Below are positions 44,704 to 53,153 of a stretch of 64,000 bases of DNA, piece by piece. The notes beneath the pieces are model-generated. The model was not told the origin of the DNA and made no database searches. It was given only the letters and a program-made list of their open reading frames with translations. The number at the start of each line of letters is the position of its first letter. The first letter of the stretch is position 1. The translations under genes were made by a program, and so were the position numbers. This DNA is from an uncultured delta proteobacterium (lineage in GTDB: Bacteria > Myxococcota_A > Polyangia > Fen-1088), in the NCBI GenBank assembly GCA_963767925.1, contig CAVYGB010000010.1, positions 288,001 through 352,000 on the forward strand. Direction: 5' to 3'.

Positions 44704-46155
44704 ATGCGCACCTGGCATGGGCTCCCCGAGAGCGACGACCGCTTCGTGACCGACTACTTGCGGGTCACCGACGCCTTCTACGAAGGGCGGATGACCGACG
44801 CCGACTGGCGGGCCTGGTACGACCAGCGGCTCGCGGTGGTGCTTCGCCACGTCACCGCCCGTTCGGCCTTCTACCAGCGGCACTTCGCCGGGATCGACGT
44901 CGGCTCGATCGACCTGACCTCGCTGGCCCGCCTCCCCTTCACCACCAAGGACGACCTGCAGGCGGCCCGCTACGACATCCTGAGCGGCAGCATCCGCGAC
45001 GCCCAGTTCTTCTACGCCACCACCGGCACCACCGGGCCCTCCACCCCCTGCCCCCGCGACAAGAAGGACCTGTTCACAACGAACCATCAGATCGCCATGG
45101 GCATGCGGCGGATCCTGGAGGCCCACCTCCCCGGGCAAAAGCCCCTGCTGGCGGTGATGGCCCCCAACGAGCTGCACTCCATCTGCAACACCTTCGCCTC
45201 GGTCGCCTTCGAGCTGGGCATCTGCAAGCTCGATCCTTACCCCGCCTCCCTGGTGATCGGCTTCGAGAAGTGCGTGAAGCTGCTGCAGGAGCTGCAGGTC
45301 GAGATCGTGCTGGGCACGCCCGGGCTGGCCCTCATCCTGGCCCAGATCTGCGAGATGTACGGCCTCGATCCCAGACGCGACCTGGCCCTCAAGCTGTTCT
45401 TCTCCACCGGCGAGATCTGCACCCCCGCCATGGAGCGCAACATCGAGCGCATCTACGGCTGCAAGGTCTACAACTTCATCTACGCCTCGCAGGAGTCGGC
45501 CACCATGGCCCTGGCCTCGCCGGCCAACACCTATTACCCCACCCTGCCGAACTACATCTTCGAGGTCGTCGACCCGGACGGCAGCGCGTCTTACGGGCTC
45601 ACCGGGACCGGCGAGCTGTGCGTGACGATGCTGGTCGACGGGATCAAGCCCCTCATCCGTTACCGCACCGGCGACCTCGTCACAATCCGGGAGGAGGCCG
45701 GGGCGACCGGCCCCTACCGCCACAGCCTGCAGGTGCTCGGCCGGCGCAAGGACACCGTCGCCCTCGGCGGCCGCCCGGTGGCCGCCCGCGAGCTCGAGCA
45801 GCTCATCATGGAGGAGGTGCACTCCTGCCTCGGCTACCAGATCGTGATCGCCAGCGCGGGCGGGGCCGACACCCTGGAGGTCAAGCTGCAGGTCCAGCAC
45901 GGGGCCGACGTCTACAAGGACGAGGTGCGGGCGCGCCTGGCGGCCAAGCTGGCCCAGCGGCTGGGGGTGGCGAGCACCGTCAGCTTCGTCCTGCAGCTCG
46001 ACGACATCGTGAACACGGGCGGCTGGATCAGCTGGAAGGCGGCCCGGGTTGTCGACCGGCGCCAGGACAGCGACAAGCGCACCGCCGAGGCGATGGCCCT
46101 GGAAAAACACATGGCGCGCCACCTGGCCAGCGGCGCCGATCCGCTGGTCCTTTGA
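44704..46155 (+). CDS. Phenylacetate-CoA ligase (PaaK)/F390 synthetase-like adenylate-forming enzyme
   Basis: LPFTTKDDL, P-loop TTGTTG, TGE, YASQE, RYRTGD and LGRRKD. Confidence 0.85.
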   Translation: MRTWHGLPESDDRFVTDYLRVTDAFYEGRMTDADWRAWYDQRLAVVLRHVTARSAFYQRHFAGIDVGSIDLTSLARLPFTTKDDLQAARYDILSGSIRDAQFFYATTGTTGPSTPCPRDKKDLFTTNHQIAMGMRRILEAHLPGQKPLLAVMAPNELHSICNTFASVAFELGICKLDPYPASLVIGFEKCVKLLQELQVEIVLGTPGLALILAQICEMYGLDPRRDLALKLFFSTGEICTPAMERNIERIYGCKVYNFIYASQESATMALASPANTYYPTLPNYIFEVVDPDGSASYGLTGTGELCVTMLVDGIKPLIRYRTGDLVTIREEAGATGPYRHSLQVLGRRKDTVALGGRPVAARELEQLIMEEVHSCLGYQIVIASAGGADTLEVKLQVQHGADVYKDEVRARLAAKLAQRLGVASTVSFVLQLDDIVNTGGWISWKAARVVDRRQDSDKRTAEAMALEKHMARHLASGADPLVL

Positions 46156-46181
46156 GACGACGAAAAACGGGAGGGGAGCAC

Positions 46182-47387
46182 ATGAAGACATTTGCGGTCA
46201 CCGGGGCGACGGGCCTGCTGGGTAGCAACCTCGTTCTGCACATCCTCAAGGAGCACCTCGACGCGCTCGACGGGATCCGGATCTTCGTCATCGGGCGGGG
46301 CGGGTCGCTCGAGGTCCACCAGCGGGTCGCGGCCCAGATCCGCAAGACCGGCTGGCCGGCGCTGATGGCCGCGCGCGACGAGGCGCTGCTCGACCGGGCT
46401 TGCGCGGTGCTGGCCCCCATCGAGCTCGACGTCACCGACGACCGGGCCGCGCTGAGCCCGACCGCCGCCGCCGCCATCGGCCCCGGCGGCGTCGACGAGC
46501 TTTACCACATCGCCGCCCTCACCGACTTTCGCCGCCAGAGCCACGTGGAAGAGCGGCTGCGCCAGACCAACGTGGGGGGGACCCGAAACGTGCTCCGCCT
46601 GGTCGACGCGATCCCGGGCGGGGTCCGGAAGCTGGCCTTCGTGGGCTCGGCCTACGCCTGCGGCAAGACGGTCGGCTCGATCGCCCCCGACTACACGAAC
46701 ATCGAGCAGGAGTTCCGCAACCCCTACGAGCGGAGCAAGCTGGAGTCCGAGGTCCTGGCCCGGCGCTCTTGCCAGGAGCGGTCGATCCCCTGCAAGGTGT
46801 TCCGTCCGTCCACCATCGGCGGTCGCCTGCTGGCCCCCCCGATCGGCCACGTCACCAAGTGCGACGTGTACCTCGGCTGGCTGTATTTCTTCCTCCGCCT
46901 GAAATCGAAGATCCTCAACACCAGCAACTGGGCGGAGATCTGCGCCACCCCGGTCGAGATCCCCATCCGGATCCAGGCCAACCTCGAGGTGGGTCTCAAC
47001 ATCGTGGGCGCCGACGTCGCCGCCGCCGCCATGTACTCGGCCATGCAAGAGGACGACGTCTCCCGCAGCTACCACCTCGTCAGCGAGCGGGACCTCCCGG
47101 TCGGCCCGATGCTCGATCACATGTTGACCGCGGCCGGGGTCACCGGCTGGTCTATCGTCCGCCAGCGCCCCCAGTCCGAGATCAACCGCTTCGAGCGCAT
47201 CTACTACGCCAGCGTGGGCGACATCTACACCCCCTACGTCATCCACGAGCGCAACATGGACTTCGAGCACAGCGCCACGATCCGCGCCTGGAACGGCCAC
47301 GGCCCCCTCGTCTCGGTCGACACCGTCGGCACCTTCGCGAAGCTGGTCCGGTACGCCTTCGACAAGAAGTTCGACATGGCCGACTGA
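46182..47387 (+). CDS. Extended SDR, thioester-reductase/fatty-acyl-CoA-reductase-like
   Basis: VTGATGLLG, HIAALTDF, NVGGT, YERSK and FRPSTIGG. Confidence 0.82.
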   Translation: MKTFAVTGATGLLGSNLVLHILKEHLDALDGIRIFVIGRGGSLEVHQRVAAQIRKTGWPALMAARDEALLDRACAVLAPIELDVTDDRAALSPTAAAAIGPGGVDELYHIAALTDFRRQSHVEERLRQTNVGGTRNVLRLVDAIPGGVRKLAFVGSAYACGKTVGSIAPDYTNIEQEFRNPYERSKLESEVLARRSCQERSIPCKVFRPSTIGGRLLAPPIGHVTKCDVYLGWLYFFLRLKSKILNTSNWAEICATPVEIPIRIQANLEVGLNIVGADVAAAAMYSAMQEDDVSRSYHLVSERDLPVGPMLDHMLTAAGVTGWSIVRQRPQSEINRFERIYYASVGDIYTPYVIHERNMDFEHSATIRAWNGHGPLVSVDTVGTFAKLVRYAFDKKFDMAD

Positions 47388-47399
47388 TCCGCGGTCCCC

Positions 47400-47753
47400 T
47401 CAACCGCCGAGGAACGGCGCGAAGCCCCCGAAGAACATCCGCTTGCCGTCGAAGGGGAAGGTCGAGGGGTCCATCTTCATGCGGGGATCGGCCATCACCT
47501 TGGCCATGACCTCGTCGCGGTGGGCCCGCGAGTTGTAGAGGATCCAGGAGACGAAGACGGTCTCGCCCGGTTCGAGCTTCACGGCCTGGGGGAAGGAGGT
47601 CACCGCACCCGGCTTCACGTCGTCGGCGATCCACTCCCGGTATTCGAGGGCGCCATGTTCGCGCCAGACCGTCTCCGAGAGCTTGGCCAGCTCCCGGTAC
47701 TTCTCGATGTTCTTGCTGGGGACCGGCACCACGAGACAATCCGCGTACGCCAT
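47400..47753 (-). CDS. DUF1428 (YbaA-like) family protein
   Basis: WREHGALEYRE, TSFPQAVK, ETVFVSWI, VMADPRM and PFDGKRMFFGGF. Confidence 0.9.
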   Translation of the reverse strand: MAYADCLVVPVPSKNIEKYRELAKLSETVWREHGALEYREWIADDVKPGAVTSFPQAVKLEPGETVFVSWILYNSRAHRDEVMAKVMADPRMKMDPSTFPFDGKRMFFGGFAPFLGG

Positions 47754-47881
47754 CGAGCACCTCGTTTCCTGAAATGTTCGCCGCAAAGGTGGGTCGCCCA
47801 TCGCGTCGGTCAAGGGCGAGGCCTTCCTCCGGGATTTTCTCGGGGGGTGACGAGAAGGCCGCCTCGAGCGGAGGGCCCGGT

Positions 47882-48175
47882 TCACCCCCCGGCGGGGGCG
47901 GGGGCGAGGGCGCGGGCGATGCGGTCGCGGGTCTCGAGGAGGGCGGCGTCGGCGTTTCCGAAGACCTTCACGGCGATGGCGGCCTTCCGGGCCAGGGTGA
48001 CCATCCCGGCGGGCGTGCGCAGGCGGACCTCGACCCAGCCCGGCGGCACCGGGGCGCCCGGGAGGGTGAGCTGCCCGTCCACCATGACCACCGGGTAGAC
48101 GTGGCCCGCGGCGGCCAGCGCGCTGAGCGCTTCGGCCAGGGGCCGTGGGTTGTCGACGACGGTCTCGAGGCCCAT
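47882..48175 (-). CDS. Small hypothetical protein
   Basis: Globular-looking sequence (MVDGQLTLP..WVEVRLRTPAGMVTL..VFGNAD) directly downstream of the VOC gene. Confidence 0.6.
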   Translation of the reverse strand: MGLETVVDNPRPLAEALSALAAAGHVYPVVMVDGQLTLPGAPVPPGWVEVRLRTPAGMVTLARKAAIAVKVFGNADAALLETRDRIARALAPAPAGG

Positions 48176-48180
48176 GGCGG

Positions 48181-48645
48181 TCAGTGCTCGGTGCTGGTGG
48201 CGAAGCGCAGGACGTGCCCGTCGAGATCCGACACGTGCATCTCGCGCAGCCCCCAGGGCATGTTCCGCGGCGGCATCAGGATGCGGGCCTTGTTGCGGGC
48301 GAACTGGCGGTGCAGGTCGTCCACGTCCTCGGCGAACAGCATCACCCAGGCGCCCGGCTGTCCCTGACACTGCTGGCACATGAACAGGACGCCGTGCCCG
48401 CGGCTGACCGAGCCGAAGTCCGGCGGCTCGCCGTGTTCCCAGTCGACCTTGAAGCCGAGGACGTCCCGGTAATAACGCTGGCTCGCCTTCAGGTCGCGCA
48501 CGTTGAGGATCGGTCGCGCGCAGGACAGCTCGTCGGGATCGTGCGCGCAGGCCCGCGCCGCCTCCATCAGGGGCGACCGCCCTCCCCCCTTGCACCCCAG
48601 CACCCCCAGAACCAGGAACGCGACCGCGGCGATCTTGCTGCCCAT
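48181..48645 (-). CDS. Glyoxalase/bleomycin-resistance family protein with a lipoprotein-like N-terminus
   Basis: YYRDVLGFK, DVDDLH and MPWGLREMHVSDLDGHVLRF; N-terminal LGVLGC. Confidence 0.8.
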   Translation of the reverse strand: MGSKIAAVAFLVLGVLGCKGGGRSPLMEAARACAHDPDELSCARPILNVRDLKASQRYYRDVLGFKVDWEHGEPPDFGSVSRGHGVLFMCQQCQGQPGAWVMLFAEDVDDLHRQFARNKARILMPPRNMPWGLREMHVSDLDGHVLRFATSTEH

Positions 48646-48734
48646 CGGCGGACGATACCACCGGTCCAGCCCCGGGGTGGCGGGGGCGGCGGGGAGACCG
48701 CCACGACCACGACGCCCGCAGCGTCGGGGCCCAG

Positions 48735-49087
48735 ATGTTCGCGGACTGGGCCCAGGCCCGCGCGGGGCGGGACGTCGGCGTGGTGCGGGCGGGCCTGGCG
48801 CGGGCGCGCGAGCAGGTCCCGGGCGTCGCTGCGGCTCCCGCGCTCGGCGGGACGGTGTTCGTCCGCTACGAGCCCGCCCGGCGCCCGGTGCTGCTGGCGC
48901 TGTCCACGCCGCTGCTCGAGGCGGGCGGGCGGCCCCTGGTCCGCGACGTCGAGGTGGCCTTGCGCCGGCAGGATCGGGTCTGGCTCGCCGGCGACCAGGT
49001 CACCGGAAAGAGCACCCTCGGCAGCGCGCTGGTAGCGCCAGCACCTTGCCCGAGGACAAGCTGCTGTGGGTGGTCGGAGTGCGCTGA
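48735..49087 (+). pseudogene. Remnant of an ABC ATP-binding (ABC-F-like) gene
   Basis: LEAGGRPLVRDVEVALRRQDRVWLAGDQVTGKSTL is a decayed Walker A region. No signature or Walker B motif follows. Confidence 0.5.
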
Positions 49088-49207
49088 CACGAAAAAGGGC
49101 GTTGCGCTCCCCCCGACCAGGCCGGGGCTCCACAATACCCGCGATTTCGAGGCTCCCCCTGGTCGGCGGCTCTGGCCAACGTAGCGAACCGGTACCACCT
49201 ACGGGAT

Positions 49208-50074
49208 ATGCCCGACACCTCGGCCAGCCAAAAATCCTCCTTGCCTTCGCCACGCTTTCAGCCTGCGCCTCGCGCGCGGCGCTGGGTCTCCCGGCGCTCG
49301 GCCCTCCTGCCCGCCGTCACCCTGGCCACCGTGCTGGCGGCAGCGCCGGCGTTCGCGGATTCCTACGTCCATCGTCCGATCACCCGCCCCGCCGGCGAGT
49401 GGGCGTTGGGGGTAGGCCTGGGGATCGGCCACGACGATCGGCCGTCTCCCCTCGACGACATCACCGGTCTGGGGCTCAACCTCGAGCTGCACGGGGGCCT
49501 GGCGCCCGACCTGGAGTTCGGCGTCCGCACGGGCATCCGGATCAAGTCCGAAGGCCGCGCCACCCAGGCGGACCGCTACGGCCGCACCTTCGAGACGGAG
49601 ACCTACGGCACCGGCTACGAGACCCTCGCCAACCCGGAGATCTCCCTGCGGTATGCGCTCCTCCGGGGCGTCTCGGCGGCGCTGGCCCTCGAGGGCCGGC
49701 TCTACATCCCGATCGAGGACGGGACCGAGCTCGGGATCATGATCGCCCTGCCTCTCCACCTGCACCTCGCCGACCTGGTGCGCCTCGACACCGGCATCTA
49801 CGTGCCGATCTTCTTCACCGACCCGACCAGCCGGGTGGTCAGCTTTCCGTTTCACGTCTGGCTCCAGGTGGGGCCCGACCTGGCGCTCGGCGTGCTGACC
49901 GGCCTGCGCCTGTACCGCCCCGGCGGCGGCGAGGCGGTGCCGTTCGGAGTGGGGGCCAACTACGAGCTGTCGAGCGACACCGACCTGCGCACCTGGTTCC
50001 TGTTCCCCAACGTCAAGGGCAGCGGCGCGACCGACGACTTCGGCTTCGGCTTCGGCTTCGAAGCGCGCTACTGA
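49208..50074 (+). CDS. Putative outer-membrane beta-barrel protein
   Basis: Signal peptide ending APAFA, alternating amphipathic strands and C-terminal GFGFEARY. Confidence 0.65.
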   Translation: MPDTSASQKSSLPSPRFQPAPRARRWVSRRSALLPAVTLATVLAAAPAFADSYVHRPITRPAGEWALGVGLGIGHDDRPSPLDDITGLGLNLELHGGLAPDLEFGVRTGIRIKSEGRATQADRYGRTFETETYGTGYETLANPEISLRYALLRGVSAALALEGRLYIPIEDGTELGIMIALPLHLHLADLVRLDTGIYVPIFFTDPTSRVVSFPFHVWLQVGPDLALGVLTGLRLYRPGGGEAVPFGVGANYELSSDTDLRTWFLFPNVKGSGATDDFGFGFGFEARY

Positions 50075-50342
50075 CCGCTCCAGTCGGTGGATCTCGCCTT
50101 CTGGGCGCGGCTGACCCCGCCCGCTCGAATTTCCGCCGGGTGCGGTCGTTCGAGCGGCGGCGGCTCCCACACTCCCTCCGCGACCGAACCTGGGCCAGGC
50201 GCCGGTCAACGCGAGCACCGGCGGGGGGCGCTGACAACGGCGCTGGCCAGCCGCCTCGGGCATTGAGCAATTCGTTCAGACAGTTCGTTCAAAGCGCGAC
50301 CGATTCACCGCGCTACGCCCGCGCGCGCAGGGCGCGCGGCAG

Positions 50343-50356
50343 GGCACGTTTGTTGC
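50343..50356 (+). promoter_or_regulatory. Candidate sigma54 promoter for the small peptide gene
   Basis: GGCACGTTTGTTGC is exactly GG-N10-GC. A direct repeat TTCGTTCA lies upstream at 50271 and 50284. Confidence 0.65.
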
Positions 50357-50413
50357 CTGAGTGACCAGCACCGCCGGCTCGAACCGGCAGCGGCAACCAA
50401 GGAGAAACAAACG

Positions 50414-50542
50414 ATGAAGAAGCGCGGCGAGAAGCCAGAAACCAAGGAGCTGGTCGAGCTGAGCAGCGAGGAGCTGGAGGCCGTCAGCGGCGGTCGCGAC
50501 GGCAAGAACCGCCCTCCGCGCACCGGCAACCGCCCCCGCTGA
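50414..50542 (+). CDS. Double-glycine-leader peptide, 42 aa (MKKRGEKPETKELVELSSEELEAVSGG-RDGKNRPPRTGNRPR)
   Basis: RBS AAGGAGA at 50399, canonical ELSxEELxxVxGG leader; below the ORF-track size cutoff. Confidence 0.82.
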   Translation: MKKRGEKPETKELVELSSEELEAVSGGRDGKNRPPRTGNRPR

Positions 50543-50598
50543 GGAGGCCCCGCAGCCGGGCGCGCGGCACCGCCTCGCGCCCGGCCGACCATCCCGGG

Positions 50599-51843
50599 TC
50601 AGCGCTGGGCGCCGCGGGCGACAAGCAGGGCCATCGCCGCCGGGTTGACGAAGTCCTGGTCGTGGAAGGTGAGGCCCCAGGACCGGGGGGTAACGTCGCG
50701 GTATTCGTGCAGGCTCTCGTCGGGGGCGCCGCGCAGCTCCTTGCGCAGGGACGCCCGCAGGTTCGGGTCAGCGCCCCGCTCGAGCAGGAGGCGGGCCATG
50801 TCGTCGCCCTCGCGCCCGTTGCGGTAGGGCTGCGACACCACGCAGCCGAACAGGGCGCTGTGGCCGCCGAAGCCGTCGGCGTCGACGGCGGCGCGGGCAT
50901 CGGCAGCAGCGCCCCGCTCGAGCATCCAGCGCGCCAGCTCCAGCTCGTCGTTGTCGACGCACAGGTGGAGCAGCGTGCCGCCGGCGAGGGGGGTCGCGTG
51001 GAGGGCCTGGGTGGGGTCGGCGTGGCAGCCCAGCTCGAGCGGGTAGATCTCGTGGTGGGCGAACCTCCGGGAGAACAGGCCGGGGTCGCGGCGCAGGTGG
51101 GGCTCCAGCAGATCGAGGCGGCCGCGGTGAACCGCCATGACCGGCGTATCGGGCAGGGTCACGCCGGCGCCGGCGAGCAGCTCGAGGCAGGCGTGTTTGC
51201 CGGCCGGGCTGCGCCCGTAGGTCTCGAGCACCATCGCCACCGGGGCCAGGCGGTTGCCGTGGCCGTCGCCGAGCGCGGCGCCGAGATCGAGCAGGAAGGC
51301 CATCCCCTCGGCGCTCTGGGTCTCGGCCGGACCCATGAGCGCGTCGGGCGCCGGGCGGGCGCCCATGGCGTGGAGCTGGCGAGCCACCTCGAGCTGCCCC
51401 TGCAGGCAGGCCCGGTCGAAGGCGAACTGCAGGTCGATGGCCCCGCGCTCGCGCAACATGGCGATGATGCGGCCCCGGCCCAGGTTGGCGGCGTAGGACA
51501 TCGGCGGGCCCCAGTTACCCCGGACGCCCCGGGCGTCCTCGTGGAGCAGGACGGGGTGGCGCGTGACGAGCGCCCGCACGGCCTCGAGGTCGTCGGTCCA
51601 GATCGCGTCGATGATCCGGCAGGCCAGCACCAGGCGGGGCCAGCTCGCCACCCCGTAGCTGCGGGCCAGGGTGAGCTGGGCATCGGCCAGCCGGACGCGG
51701 GCGACCTCGGGCGGCCGCGGGTGGTTGCGGGCCAGCTCTCCCAGGGCGGCGGGCTCGCCCCGCCGGATGGCCTTGAGAAGATCCTTGGCCTGGTGGCGGA
51801 GCTGGGTCAGGTCGGGACGGACGGGGACATCGCGCTCGGGCAT
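50599..51843 (-). CDS. Ankyrin-repeat protein
   Basis: AGGAGG RBS; N-terminal PDLTQLRHQAKDLL..AQLTLARSYG..SW, then ankyrin-like GGTLLH..LERGA and GHSALF..LLERGADPN. Confidence 0.85.
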   Translation of the reverse strand: MPERDVPVRPDLTQLRHQAKDLLKAIRRGEPAALGELARNHPRPPEVARVRLADAQLTLARSYGVASWPRLVLACRIIDAIWTDDLEAVRALVTRHPVLLHEDARGVRGNWGPPMSYAANLGRGRIIAMLRERGAIDLQFAFDRACLQGQLEVARQLHAMGARPAPDALMGPAETQSAEGMAFLLDLGAALGDGHGNRLAPVAMVLETYGRSPAGKHACLELLAGAGVTLPDTPVMAVHRGRLDLLEPHLRRDPGLFSRRFAHHEIYPLELGCHADPTQALHATPLAGGTLLHLCVDNDELELARWMLERGAAADARAAVDADGFGGHSALFGCVVSQPYRNGREGDDMARLLLERGADPNLRASLRKELRGAPDESLHEYRDVTPRSWGLTFHDQDFVNPAAMALLVARGAQR

Positions 51844-51849
51844 GGACGG

Positions 51850-51960
51850 ACCTCCTGTGACGAGCCCGTATCCGCTGTTCGGGCGAGAGGAGGTTCGTGT
51901 GAACCCGGTCGTCGGTCGCTTTGCGCCAGGTGGACTCGGTCCTTCCCGCGGACAGGTGGC
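51850..51960 (-). promoter_or_regulatory. Structured 5' leader that sequesters the RBS of the ankyrin gene
   Basis: ACCUCCU pairs with the SD AGGAGGU and encloses a GCCCG/CGGGC hairpin. Confidence 0.5.
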
Positions 51961-52129
51961 GCCCTGCAACGCCGCCGCCAAGGATAACGCGAGCGCCGCC
52001 CCCGGGACAAGGGATTGCCGCGGCCCCGGTGGCATCGAAGCATCCACGCGCAGGTGAAAGCCGCCGCCCGGGCACCGACCCGACGCCGTCGGGCGTCCGC
52101 TGTTCGGAGCTCTTCGCAATCGGTCGGTC

Positions 52130-52955
52130 CTGGTTGCTGCCCGCAGCCGCGCTTCTGGACCAGCCTCGAGCTGAACGGCAACCCACCTTACGTGCTCGAC
52201 TCTTACGTGGAGCTCCAGCCGGTCAAGGCGTTCGGCGCGCGCATCGGCCAGCAATACACCCTGATCTCACGCCACGAACAGTTCGGCCCGCAGCAGATCC
52301 TGTTTCCCGAGTGGTCGCTGGTCGCCGAATACTTCTGGACCGGGCGGGACAAGGGCGTCACCTTGTGGGGCTTCGTCGCCGACGACCGCTTCGAATATTA
52401 CGCCGGCGCCTACACCGGCTCGCCGCCGCGCCAATCCGCAGCCTGGCCGGCAACTACGTGTTCGAGGCCCGGGTCGTGTGGAACCCGCTGGGCGCCACCG
52501 GCACCACCGAGTTCCCTTACATCGCCGACGAGAAGGGGCCCTTCCGGATCTCGGGCTCGCTGCAGGGGTACTTCGGCAAGGTCCAGTTCGCCGAGGAGAC
52601 TTCAATCCCTCCAGCTTCCGCTTCGACGTCATGCCGACCGGCGAGGTGCAAAAGCAGCTCTGTGGGGTCGCCGACCTCTGGATCCAGGGGCCCTGGTTCG
52701 CCACCACGGCCGAGGCCTACCTGCGGGCCACCGATCCCGACGGTGACCCCGCCCGCTACACCTCCCGGGGCGTGTGGGGTCAGATCGGGTTCCTGTTGCT
52801 GCCGCGTACGCTCGACTTCGGCTTTCGCGTCAACTACCTCGACCCGAGCCAGGACCTGGACAACGACACCTTCCTCTCCGGTGAAGCCCAGCTCGCCTAC
52901 TACGTGACCCAGTCGCAGAACCGGGCCGGCACGTCACCTTATCCACGGGCTGCTG
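52130..52955 (+). pseudogene. Fragment of a phosphate-selective (OprO/OprP-like) porin gene
   Basis: VLDSYVE..ARIGQ..TGRDKGVTLWG..EYYAG, continuing across two frameshifts. It has no start or signal peptide and ends at the repeat element. Confidence 0.6.
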
Positions 52956-52997
52956 CTAGTCCCCTGGAACAGTGAAGTCCCCGGCGGGCCGATGACT

Positions 52998-53000
<3 letters not shown>
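52956..53000. mobile_element. Partial copy (left end) of the MITE-like element
   Basis: CTAGTCCCCTGGAACAGTGAAGTC is identical over 24 nt to 6341-6364. Confidence 0.65.
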
Positions 53001-53153
<153 letters not shown>

